DNA of 41,940 nt from an uncultured Clostridia bacterium (GTDB lineage: Bacteria > Bacillota > Clostridia > TANB77 > CAG-508): positions 1 through 41,940 of the forward strand of contig CANQMG010000001.1 in the NCBI GenBank assembly GCA_947624925.1. The letters run 5' to 3'. Both the position numbers and the translations under genes were made by a program. The notes beneath the pieces were generated by a model, which searched no databases, was not told the DNA's origin, and was given only the letters and a program-made list of their open reading frames with translations. Position 1 is the first letter of the stretch; the number at the start of each line of letters is the position of its first letter. Positions 1 through 7,601 of the stretch are shown piece by piece.

Positions 1-210
1 TCTATTTTATTGTAAGAGCCGCGTAAGCGACCAAACGTAACGAAGTGGAGTGCGAATTGGAGCAACTTACAGATATTTTTTTATTTAATAAAGCAGAATT
101 ATTTAAAATATTTAATAATTTATTTTATAATGCTACATTTATTCATAATTATTAATCGTAAGTTGCGACCCCAAGGCTCCTTAAAGAATAAAATAGAATT
201 AAAATTTTAT
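1..210. repeat. Copy A of a ~225-bp non-coding inverted-repeat element (left terminus cut off by the window edge); complete copy B at 5126-5349
   Basis: 1-210 is colinear with 5140-5349. GC-rich block 21-74 is base-for-base identical to 5161-5214, while the AT-rich centre differs by scattered substitutions/indels. Right terminal repeat aataaaatagaattaaaattttat at 187-210. No ORF with start plus RBS. Confidence 0.8.
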
Positions 211-235
211 ATTTTATAAATTTGGGTAAATTCTC

Positions 236-296
236 TGTAGGTGGGCAAGCACAAGACTTGCCCCTACAATTTTTTAATGTTTTTATATGTTTTATA
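236..296. repeat. Hairpin module copy A (TGTAGG-tg-GGCAAG / loop CACAAGA / CTTGCCCCTACA) plus conserved tail GTTTTTATATGT
   Basis: 236-249 pairs with 257-268. Related copies at 5044-5096, 5382-5436 and, with a nested insertion, 28191-28283. Here it is followed directly by ATTTTTT, so it could also terminate plus-strand transcripts. Confidence 0.7.
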
Positions 297-329
297 AAAA
301 ATAACATCTTTTATGTAATATCATATTAT

Positions 330-1280
330 TTAAAATTCTGTGTGGTCTTTCCAGTCACCTAATGGTGTAGCCTCATTTATTCTTTTTATTGTTTCTGCAA
401 ATAATGGAGCAATTGATAATATTGTTATTTTATCTATTTGTTTTTGTTTCGGTATTGGTATTGTATTTGTTACTACCAACTCTTTTATTGGAGAATTTTC
501 AATTCTTTCTATAGCAGGTCCTGATAGCACTCCATGTGTACATCCTGCATATATTTCTTTTGCCCCAAATTCCTCTAATATTCTTGCTGTTTCTATCATA
601 GAACCGGCTGTATCTACCTCATCATCGAAAATTAATGCTTGTTTTCCTTTTACATCTCCTATTACCGTAGTTCCTATTGCTTTATCATCGTTTCCATCTC
701 TTCTTTTATCTATTATTGCCATTGGACATTCAAAATATTTTGAATATTTATATGCTTTTTTTGAACTACCTGCATCTGTTGCAACTATTACCATATTTTT
801 TAAATTTTTCTTTTTAAAATAAGATTGTAATAAATACTGTGCAGTTACTGTGTCAAAATTTATATTAAAATATGATTGTATTGCTAAGTTATGTAAGTCG
901 CATGAAATTACTCTAGTTGCTCCTGCTGCTTCTAATAATTGCTGAAATAATTTTGCAGTTACTGGAACTCTTGGTTGGTCTTTTTTATCTGACCTAGAAT
1001 ACATATAATAAGGTAACACTACATTTATTCTTTTGGCTGATGCTCTTTTTACTGCATCTATTGTTATCAATAATTCCATTATTCTTTCATTTACTGGTGG
1101 CTCTGTGGTTTGAACTATATAAACATCTTGCTCTCTAACGGTTTCTAGTATTTGTACAAAATTGTTATCATTTTTAAATTTCATAGAATTTATCTTTCCC
1201 ATTTGTAGACCTAAATAATCACATATCTCTTTTGTGAAACTTTCTGCAGATTTACACGCAAATATTTTTATATTATTCAT
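330..1280 (-). CDS. prs: Ribose-phosphate pyrophosphokinase (PRPP synthetase)
   Basis: 316-aa ORF with PRPP-synthetase hallmarks (SCDLHN region, PRPP-binding loop IFDDEVDTAGS). SD GGAGGGAG 3 nt upstream of ATG. Confidence 0.95.
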   Translation of the reverse strand: MNNIKIFACKSAESFTKEICDYLGLQMGKINSMKFKNDNNFVQILETVREQDVYIVQTTEPPVNERIMELLITIDAVKRASAKRINVVLPYYMYSRSDKKDQPRVPVTAKLFQQLLEAAGATRVISCDLHNLAIQSYFNINFDTVTAQYLLQSYFKKKNLKNMVIVATDAGSSKKAYKYSKYFECPMAIIDKRRDGNDDKAIGTTVIGDVKGKQALIFDDEVDTAGSMIETARILEEFGAKEIYAGCTHGVLSGPAIERIENSPIKELVVTNTIPIPKQKQIDKITILSIAPLFAETIKRINEATPLGDWKDHTEF

Positions 1281-1316
1281 TTTCTCCCTCCATTTATATA
1301 ATTAAATTTAAGCAAC

Positions 1317-1349
1317 AAAGGATAGACAGATTTATACTGCCTATCCTTT
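1317..1349 (-). terminator. Putative intrinsic terminator after nrdG
   Basis: 13-bp stem (AAAGGATAGGCAG / CTGTCTATCCTTT on the minus strand, one G-U pair) with a 7-nt loop, 4 nt after the nrdG stop. The downstream U-tract is only moderate. Confidence 0.45.
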
Positions 1350-1352
1350 ATT

Positions 1353-1874
1353 TTATACTTTGAAATCTATTATCTTTTGTTCTTCTTTACTCTTTTTTAC
1401 ATCTATTATTCTTTGGTTACTTGACCCTCTAAATTTAAGGGATATGTCCTTTTTGTCTTCTTCAAATTTTCCATCTACTACTACATCTACGTATTTCATT
1501 AATTCATTTGTTTCTTTAACATTTTGGCTCATACTTCCCATTACATCTTTTTCAAAGTCAAAACCTGTATAGCACCAAATGGTCTTCTTAGGGTATTTTT
1601 CCTTAACTTTTTTTACTAGGGGTAATAATCCTTTTTGGTTTGCTGGTTCTAGTGGCTCTCCTCCTAGTAAAGTTAATCCTGATATGTAATCCTTATCTAA
1701 ATCCTTTAGTATTTCTTCAATAGTATCTTCTGTAAAATTGTTACCATAGTTAAAGTCCCATGCACATTCATTAAAACATCCTTTACAATGATGATTACAT
1801 CCACTTACAAACAATGAAACTCTAACACCTGGTCCATTAGCTATATCAATTTGCTTTATATCTGCATAATTCAT
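1353..1874 (-). CDS. nrdG: Anaerobic ribonucleoside-triphosphate reductase activating protein (radical SAM)
   Basis: 173 aa. CxxxCxxC radical-SAM cluster motif (GCNHHCKGC). Immediately downstream of nrdD. Confidence 0.92.
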   Translation of the reverse strand: MNYADIKQIDIANGPGVRVSLFVSGCNHHCKGCFNECAWDFNYGNNFTEDTIEEILKDLDKDYISGLTLLGGEPLEPANQKGLLPLVKKVKEKYPKKTIWCYTGFDFEKDVMGSMSQNVKETNELMKYVDVVVDGKFEEDKKDISLKFRGSSNQRIIDVKKSKEEQKIIDFKV

Positions 1875-1905
1875 AGATTATTACCCCTTTAATAGTTTGT
1901 TATAA

Positions 1906-4032
1906 TTATAGATGTGTTACACGTGCTTTTATTTCTTTTGTTTTTCCTACATTCCAGAAGTTTTCTCCTAAGTATCCACATGTACGTCTTACTACTGTTA
2001 ATCTTGCTTTATCTTTATTTCCACAGTTTGGGCATTCCCACTGATTATCATCATTTATTTTTATTTCTCCATCAAATCCGCATACATGGCAATAATCTGA
2101 TTTTGTATTAAATTCTGCATATTGAATATTATCATATATGAATTTAACAACTGCTTCTAATGCTGGTAAATTATTTTTCATATTTGGTACTTCTATATAA
2201 GAAATAGCTCCACCTGTTGATAATGTTTGGAATTCGCTTTCAAATTTAAGTTTTTCAAATGCATCTATTTTTTCTCTAACATCAACATGATATGAATTTG
2301 TATAATATCCTTTATCTGTTATATCTGGAATTGTTCCAAATTTTTCTTTGTCTATTCTTGCAAATTTATAACATAAACTTTCTGCTGGTGTTCCATAAAG
2401 GGCAAATCCTAATCCAGTTTCATCTTTCCATTTTTTTACTGTATCTTTTAACTTTTTCATAACTCTTATTGCAAATTCATGTCCTTCTTCTGTTGTATGT
2501 GATACACCTTTCATTGCTTTTGTTACTTCATATATTCCTATATATCCTAAAGATAATGTTGAATATCCACCTTTTAATAGCTTATCTATTTTTTCTCCTT
2601 TATCTAATCTTGCAATTGCTCCATATTGCCAGTGAATTGGGCTTATATCTGATGTTGTTCCAAGAAGAGCATAGTGTCTACACATTAAAGCTTCTTTACA
2701 TAGTTCAAGTCTTTCATCTAGAAGACTCCAGAATTTATCTTCATCTCCATCTGCAATTATTCCTATTTGTGGTAGGTTTATACTAACTACACCTTGATTA
2801 AATCTTCCTTCAAATTTATAATTTCCATTTTCATCCTTCCAAGGTGATAAGAAACTTCTACATCCCATAGGGCTAAATATGTTACCTTCATAATTTTCAC
2901 GCATTTTCTTTGCTGAAATATAATCTGGATACATTCTTTTTGCTGAGCACTTAACAGCAAGTTTTGTTAAATAGTCATATTCTCCACCTGTTAGGTTATT
3001 ACATTCATCTAATACATAAATTAATTTAGGGAATGCTGGTGTAACATATACACCTTTTTCATTTTTTATTCCTTGATATCTTTGTTTAATTACTTCTTCT
3101 ATTATCATTGCATTTTCTTTTATGTATTCGTCATCTTTATCTAAATGTAAGAATAATGTAACAAAAGGAGATTGTCCATTAGTTGTCATTAATGTATTTA
3201 TTTGATATTGAATAGTTTGAACACCTGCACTAATTTCTGCTTTTAGTCTGTCCATTACCATATCTTCTATAATTTCATCACTAATTTTGCCTTTATATTT
3301 TCCTTCAATTTGTTTTTTAAATTTATCATAACTTTTTCTTACATATTTTCCTAAATGTATTAAATCTACTGATTGTCCTCCATATTGATTACTTGCAACA
3401 GCTGCTATTATTTGAGTAGTAACTGTACACGCTACTTGAAAACTCTTTGGAGATTCTATCATTTTTCCATTCATTACTGTTCCATTATCTAGCATATCTC
3501 CTATATTAATTAAACAACAATTGAAAATTGGTTGTATAAAATAATCTGCATCATGGAAATGTAGTATTCCTTCTTGATCTGCTTTAGTAATTTTTTCTGG
3601 AAGTAACAATCTTCTTGTTAAATCTCTAGAAACTTCTCCTGCTATATAGTCTCTTTGAGTAGATGCTAACATAGTATTTTTATTTGAATTTTCTTCTTCT
3701 AATTCTTTATTTTCATTTCTTATTAATCCTAATATTGACTCATCTGTTGTATTTTGCTTTCTTACTAGAGCTCTTGTGTATCTATATACAATATATTTTT
3801 TTGCTAAATCATATTTACCTATTTCCATTAATTTTTGTTCTATTATGTCTTGTATATCTTCAACAAGCATTCTCTTTTTACCTAAATCTTCTATATATCG
3901 TATTATAGAATTTATATCATCCTTTGTAGCTTTTTCTTTTCTACTTACTTCTTCATTTGCTTTTTGAATTGCAATTACAATTTTTTGTCTATCATAATCT
4001 ACGCTTCTTCCATCTCTTTTTATTACCTTCAT
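1906..4032 (-). CDS. nrdD: Anaerobic (class III) ribonucleoside-triphosphate reductase
   Basis: 708 aa. N-terminal ATP-cone. C-terminal Zn ribbon CHVCG...CPNCG. Glycyl-radical motif RRTCGYLG. SD GGGGGG upstream of ATG. Confidence 0.95.
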   Translation of the reverse strand: MKVIKRDGRSVDYDRQKIVIAIQKANEEVSRKEKATKDDINSIIRYIEDLGKKRMLVEDIQDIIEQKLMEIGKYDLAKKYIVYRYTRALVRKQNTTDESILGLIRNENKELEEENSNKNTMLASTQRDYIAGEVSRDLTRRLLLPEKITKADQEGILHFHDADYFIQPIFNCCLINIGDMLDNGTVMNGKMIESPKSFQVACTVTTQIIAAVASNQYGGQSVDLIHLGKYVRKSYDKFKKQIEGKYKGKISDEIIEDMVMDRLKAEISAGVQTIQYQINTLMTTNGQSPFVTLFLHLDKDDEYIKENAMIIEEVIKQRYQGIKNEKGVYVTPAFPKLIYVLDECNNLTGGEYDYLTKLAVKCSAKRMYPDYISAKKMRENYEGNIFSPMGCRSFLSPWKDENGNYKFEGRFNQGVVSINLPQIGIIADGDEDKFWSLLDERLELCKEALMCRHYALLGTTSDISPIHWQYGAIARLDKGEKIDKLLKGGYSTLSLGYIGIYEVTKAMKGVSHTTEEGHEFAIRVMKKLKDTVKKWKDETGLGFALYGTPAESLCYKFARIDKEKFGTIPDITDKGYYTNSYHVDVREKIDAFEKLKFESEFQTLSTGGAISYIEVPNMKNNLPALEAVVKFIYDNIQYAEFNTKSDYCHVCGFDGEIKINDDNQWECPNCGNKDKARLTVVRRTCGYLGENFWNVGKTKEIKARVTHL

Positions 4033-4136
4033 TTTTATCCCCCCAAGACCTATAGCTTTATAAATATTGTTTAAGTTATATTAGTTATAATTTAAACTGT
4101 TATTATTTATTTTTGCTATTGTTTTTTTCTGGTTTA

Positions 4137-4142
4137 ATTATA
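4137..4142 (-). promoter_or_regulatory. Candidate -10 hexamer (TATAAT on the minus strand) for nrdDG
   Basis: Perfect TATAAT read on the minus strand. It would put the TSS near 4130 and the 4166-4179 palindrome centre near -42. AT-rich DNA gives many chance -10-like hexamers. Confidence 0.3.
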
Positions 4143-4165
4143 TAGATAATTTCCGGACATATGTT

Positions 4166-4179
4166 GTTGCAATTGCAAC
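4166..4179. promoter_or_regulatory. Perfect 14-bp palindrome GTTGCAATTGCAAC (TGTTGC-N4-GCAAC), candidate Crp/Fnr-type operator upstream of nrdDG
   Basis: Perfect dyad in the nrdD/crp divergent intergenic region. The same half-sites recur at 4363-4378. Confidence 0.45.
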
Positions 4180-4362
4180 TTTTTTTTATTTTTTTATTTC
4201 AAATTTGCCAAACTTATAATTTAGACGGATTTTATTAATTATTACATTTTTATTACAAAAAAAATTTTAGTTGTCATTTTAACTTTTTCTCTTCTTTTTG
4301 CGACACAATCTAATGTTTAGGTTTTTTCCAAATAATGTTTTTGAAAAAATTTTATGTTTTTT

Positions 4363-4378
4363 TGTTGCTTTTGCAACA
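4363..4378. promoter_or_regulatory. Second dyad TGTTGC-TTTT-GCAACA, just upstream of the Crp/Fnr gene start
   Basis: Same half-sites as 4166-4179 with the same 4-nt spacer. Lies 31 nt upstream of the ATG at 4409 and just upstream of a TATAAT at 4388-4393. Confidence 0.4.
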
Positions 4379-4408
4379 TATGTATATTATAATGCTATTG
4401 GTGATTAT

Positions 4409-5041
4409 ATGAAAAATATATTTAATGCTCAAGAATTTATTAAAGACATAACAGAAAATTGTTCTAAAGTACAAACTAAATTTTTTCAAAAGGGTGAAGT
4501 TATTACTACATATTTGGTAAATAGAAAACAGGTTTGTATTTTAGTTTCTGGAAGTGCAGACTTAATTAGATATGATTTTAATGGTAGTAAAAATATTGTT
4601 GAAAGATTTTATACAAATGATATCTTTGGAGAAGTATTTTATAAAATAAACACTAATAATGATTTATTTGTAATGGCAAAAGAAAATTGTGAGGTTATAT
4701 TTTTTAATTATGAAATTTTTGAAAAAAAGTGTAAATCATCTTGCAAATTTCATGAAAAATTGTTGTTACATTTACCTAATTTAGTAATTGGTAAAATATC
4801 AGATATGAACTTTCGAATTGAACTTTTATCAAAAAGATCTATTCGAGATAAATTAATTTCATATTTTTCTATGCAATCTGAACTTAATTTTAGTAAAACC
4901 TTTATGCTACCATTTTCTTTAACAGATTTAGCAGATTATTTAAGTGTTGATAGAAGCGCTATGATGCGAGAAATTGCTAGTTTAAAAAATGAAGGATTTA
5001 TAAAAAAGCAAGATAATAAAATTACATTGTTAGTTGATTAA
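4409..5041 (+). CDS. Crp/Fnr family transcriptional regulator
   Basis: cNMP-binding-like beta-barrel followed by a C-terminal HTH (LTDLADYLSVDRSAMMREIASLKNEGFI). I prefer ATG 4409 (SD GGTGA 4 nt upstream) to the TTG at 4298 given in the track. Confidence 0.8.
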   Translation: MKNIFNAQEFIKDITENCSKVQTKFFQKGEVITTYLVNRKQVCILVSGSADLIRYDFNGSKNIVERFYTNDIFGEVFYKINTNNDLFVMAKENCEVIFFNYEIFEKKCKSSCKFHEKLLLHLPNLVIGKISDMNFRIELLSKRSIRDKLISYFSMQSELNFSKTFMLPFSLTDLADYLSVDRSAMMREIASLKNEGFIKKQDNKITLLVD

Positions 5042-5043
5042 AA

Positions 5044-5096
5044 GAGCAGGCACAAGACCTGCCCCTACAGCTATTAGGGCATTTTTACATATTTTA
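5044..5096. repeat. Hairpin module copy C (GCAGG / CACAAGA / CCTGC, then CCCTACAG and tail CATTTTTACATATTTT)
   Basis: Starts 3 nt after the crp stop. Shares loop, 3' arm, CTACA and tail with copies at 236-296, 5382-5436 and 28191-28283. Confidence 0.7.
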
Positions 5097-5125
5097 ATTA
5101 AATATAATAATTTTTTATTTTTAGT

Positions 5126-5349
5126 CATAAAATTTTAATTCTATTTTATTTATAAGAGCCGCGTAAGCGACCAAACGTAACGAAGTGGAGTGCGAATTGG
5201 AGCAACTTACAGATGTTCTTTTATTTTAAAAAAGTAGAATTGTTTAAAATATTTAATAATTTATTTTATAATCTACATTTATTCATTTTTTTAAATCGTA
5301 AGTTGCGACACCAAGGCTCTTTAAAGATAAAATAGAATAAAATTTTATG
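5126..5349. repeat. Copy B (complete) of the ~225-bp inverted-repeat element with GC-rich asymmetric core
   Basis: 23/24-nt terminal inverted repeat (5126-5149 vs 5327-5349). Inner pairings 5154-5160/5315-5321 and 5202-5210/5298-5306. Unpaired 41-nt GC-rich block 5161-5201. No ORF. Confidence 0.8.
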
Positions 5350-5381
5350 ATTTATAAATTTGGGTAAATTCTTTAGAGCCT

Positions 5382-5436
5382 GGGCAGGCACAAGACCTGC
5401 CCCTACAGATGTTGTAACGTTTTTATGTATTTTAAA
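5382..5436. repeat. Hairpin module copy B (GGGCAGG / CACAAGA / CCTGCCC, CTACAG, tail GTTTTTATGTATTTT)
   Basis: Perfect 7-bp GC-rich stem 5382-5388/5396-5402. Same spacing from the element end (via TTTATAAATTTGGGTAAATTCT) as in copy A. Confidence 0.75.
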
Positions 5437-5567
5437 ATTTTGCACAATTAATAAACATATTTAAATGCCTATATTTTTTCTATTTCTTTTATTTTGGAAA
5501 TTCAAATTATCTGATTTAAATTTTTTGATAATTTGTTTAGAATTTAATTTATTTTTGATGTACATCT

Positions 5568-5602
5568 AAAAAAACACAGAATAAAATTTAATTATTCTAT
5601 GT
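5568..5602 (-). terminator. Putative intrinsic terminator after ftsH
   Basis: On the minus strand, ACATAGAATAA / loop / TTATTCTGTGT (11 bp, one mismatch) followed by TTTTTTT. The stem is AT-rich, so it is weak. Confidence 0.4.
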
Positions 5603-5672
5603 TTTTATTTTAAATTATTCTTTTATAAATTTCAAGATTTTTTCATCGTCATTTTTCGACATTGTTTTAATT

Positions 5673-7475
5673 TTAGCTGTTAAATATTTCGTCAAATTCT
5701 TCTCCATCAATCTTTTCTTTTTCTAATAAGATTCCAGCTACAATATGCAATTTTTCTATATTATCTCTCAATATTTGTTCTGCTCTTTCATATGCTTTAT
5801 CTATTATTTTCTTTGTTTCTTCATCTATTAATGCTGCTGTTTCTTCTGAATAGTTTTTAGATTGTGCAAAATCTCTTCCTAAGAATACTTCTTCTTGACC
5901 AGAACCAAACATTATTGATCCTATTTTATCACTCATTCCATATTTTGTTACCATATCTCTTGCTATTTTTGATGCTCTTTCTATGTCGTTACTTGCTCCT
6001 GTTGATATATCATCTAATATCAATTTTTCAGATACTCTACCTCCAAGCAATGATACTATAGTTTCTTCCATTTCTGATTTAGACATAAAGTTTTTATCTT
6101 CTGTTGGTCTATACATAGTATAACCACCAGCCATTCCTCTTGGTACAATTGATATCTGATGAACTGCATCTTGAGTTGGTAAGAATCTACTAACTACTGC
6201 GTGACCTGCTTCATGGTATGCAACAAGTTTATTTTCTTTCTCACTTCTTACTCTTGTTTTCTTTTCAGGTCCCATTGTTACTTTTACCATTGCGTCTTCA
6301 ATTTCAGCCATACCTATTTGTTTTAAATCTCTTCGTGCAGCAAGTAATGCGGCTTCATTTAAAACATTTTCTAGGTCTGCTCCTGAAAATCCTGATGTAT
6401 TTTTTGCAATTGTTTTTAAATCTACATCTTCTGCTATTTTCTTATTTCTAGAATGAACTTCTAGTATTTTCTCTCTAGCTAAAACATCTGGTGCTGAAAC
6501 TACTATCTGTCTATCAAACCTTCCTGGTCTTAATAATGCTTTATCTAATACATCTGGTCTGTTAGTTGCAGCTAAAACTATAACTCCTTCATTGCTACCA
6601 AATCCATCCATTTCAACAAGCAATTGATTTAATGTTTGCTCTCTTTCATCATGTCCTCCACCAAGTCCTGCTCCTCTTTGTCTACCAACTGCATCTATTT
6701 CATCTATAAATATTATACATGGTGCATTTCTTTTAGCTTGCTCAAATAAATCTCTAACTCTTGATGCTCCAACACCAACAAACATTTCTACGAAATCTGA
6801 ACCACTTATTATAAAGAATGGTACTCCAGCTTCTCCTGCAACTGCCTTTGCAAGTAATGTTTTTCCTGTTCCTGGTTGACCAACTAATAATACACCTTTT
6901 GGTATTCTTGCTCCCATTTCAGTAAATTTTCTAGGATTTTTTAAGAATTCTACTATTTCTTCTAACTCTTCTTTTTCTTCGTCTACACCTGCTACATCAT
7001 CAAATGTTATTTTATTTTTATCTGCTGTTGTCATTAACCTTGCTTTGCTTTTTCCAAAAGACATTGTCTTGCTTCCGCCTTGTGCATTGTTATTCATTAA
7101 GAAAAACCAGAATATAAAGAATATAATTAATATTCCAAATGGTGATAATAATTGTAATATAGTTATAAGTACTGATTGTGATTTTTCTGCAAGTTCAATG
7201 CTTCCTTCTTTTAAGTAAGGTGTTGCATATTCTATAAATCCATCCAAACTAGGTATATTTACCTCTTTTTTTATACTGTCTCCCTTTACTGTTACCTGTG
7301 CACTACTTCCATCTGCATCTATTTCAATTTTTGTTACCTCTGAAACTTCTATTTTATTAATAAGTTCTGAGTATGTCATTTTTGTATTTGAATTATCTAT
7401 TATAGATGTTAATAGTACGACAAATATAATAATTAGTATTAACCACATGGCTAATGTTTTTAATCCGTTTTTCAA
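5673..7475 (-). CDS. ftsH: ATP-dependent zinc metalloprotease FtsH
   Basis: 600 aa. Two N-terminal TM segments. AAA+ Walker A GQPGTGKT. Zn motif HEAGHA. TTG start 7 nt after SD AAGGAGG. Confidence 0.95.
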   Translation of the reverse strand: MKNGLKTLAMWLILIIIFVVLLTSIIDNSNTKMTYSELINKIEVSEVTKIEIDADGSSAQVTVKGDSIKKEVNIPSLDGFIEYATPYLKEGSIELAEKSQSVLITILQLLSPFGILIIFFIFWFFLMNNNAQGGSKTMSFGKSKARLMTTADKNKITFDDVAGVDEEKEELEEIVEFLKNPRKFTEMGARIPKGVLLVGQPGTGKTLLAKAVAGEAGVPFFIISGSDFVEMFVGVGASRVRDLFEQAKRNAPCIIFIDEIDAVGRQRGAGLGGGHDEREQTLNQLLVEMDGFGSNEGVIVLAATNRPDVLDKALLRPGRFDRQIVVSAPDVLAREKILEVHSRNKKIAEDVDLKTIAKNTSGFSGADLENVLNEAALLAARRDLKQIGMAEIEDAMVKVTMGPEKKTRVRSEKENKLVAYHEAGHAVVSRFLPTQDAVHQISIVPRGMAGGYTMYRPTEDKNFMSKSEMEETIVSLLGGRVSEKLILDDISTGASNDIERASKIARDMVTKYGMSDKIGSIMFGSGQEEVFLGRDFAQSKNYSEETAALIDEETKKIIDKAYERAEQILRDNIEKLHIVAGILLEKEKIDGEEFDEIFNS

Positions 7476-7601
7476 ATTATGTTCCTCCTTCGAAAGTAAT
7501 TTTACATTTAAGAATATAGCATACTAATTTTTACTTTTCAATAGTTTTTTTAAAAGTTTTTTCCTTATAATTCAGTCGTATCAAGCATTTTCTTACGGAT
7601 A

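Noticed and set aside
340-822. 160-aa plus-strand ORF, and the many similar 60-210-aa ORFs in the track that lie antisense to long genes (e.g. 1360-1572, 2469-2786, 18013-18645, 28385-28894, 38196-38684, 40463-40762)
   Set aside because: They lie entirely inside well-supported genes on the opposite strand. They have Leu/Phe/Ile/Ser-rich compositions typical of antisense reading of AT-rich codons, no SD sequences and no recognisable motifs.
4033-4297. Search for NrdR boxes or a cobalamin riboswitch in the nrdD leader
   Set aside because: I saw only a weak single partial match to the NrdR-box consensus (around 4299-4314), with no tandem partner at the expected ~31-nt spacing. The region is too AT-rich and too short in conserved GC elements for a B12 riboswitch.
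5151-5215. Resemblance of AAGAGCCGCGTAAGCGAC and GTGCGA to group II intron domain V / 5' GUGYG
   Set aside because: There is no 34-nt domain V hairpin, no reverse-transcriptase/maturase ORF and no other intron domains. The similarity is limited to a few bases.
5465-5569. 34-aa hydrophobic ORF (MPIFFLFLLFWKF...) that could be a type I toxin
   Set aside because: No Shine-Dalgarno sequence and no obvious antisense RNA signals. Phe/Leu-rich peptides arise by chance from T-rich DNA.
5617-5664. Mini-ORFs on the minus strand beginning MSKN(D/V)DEK in both copies of the TTTTTCATC..CATTTTTCGACAT block (also around 28045-28137)
   Set aside because: No RBS in either copy. The reading frames diverge after 8 codons and have different lengths (15 vs 30 aa). 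The conservation is better explained at the DNA level.
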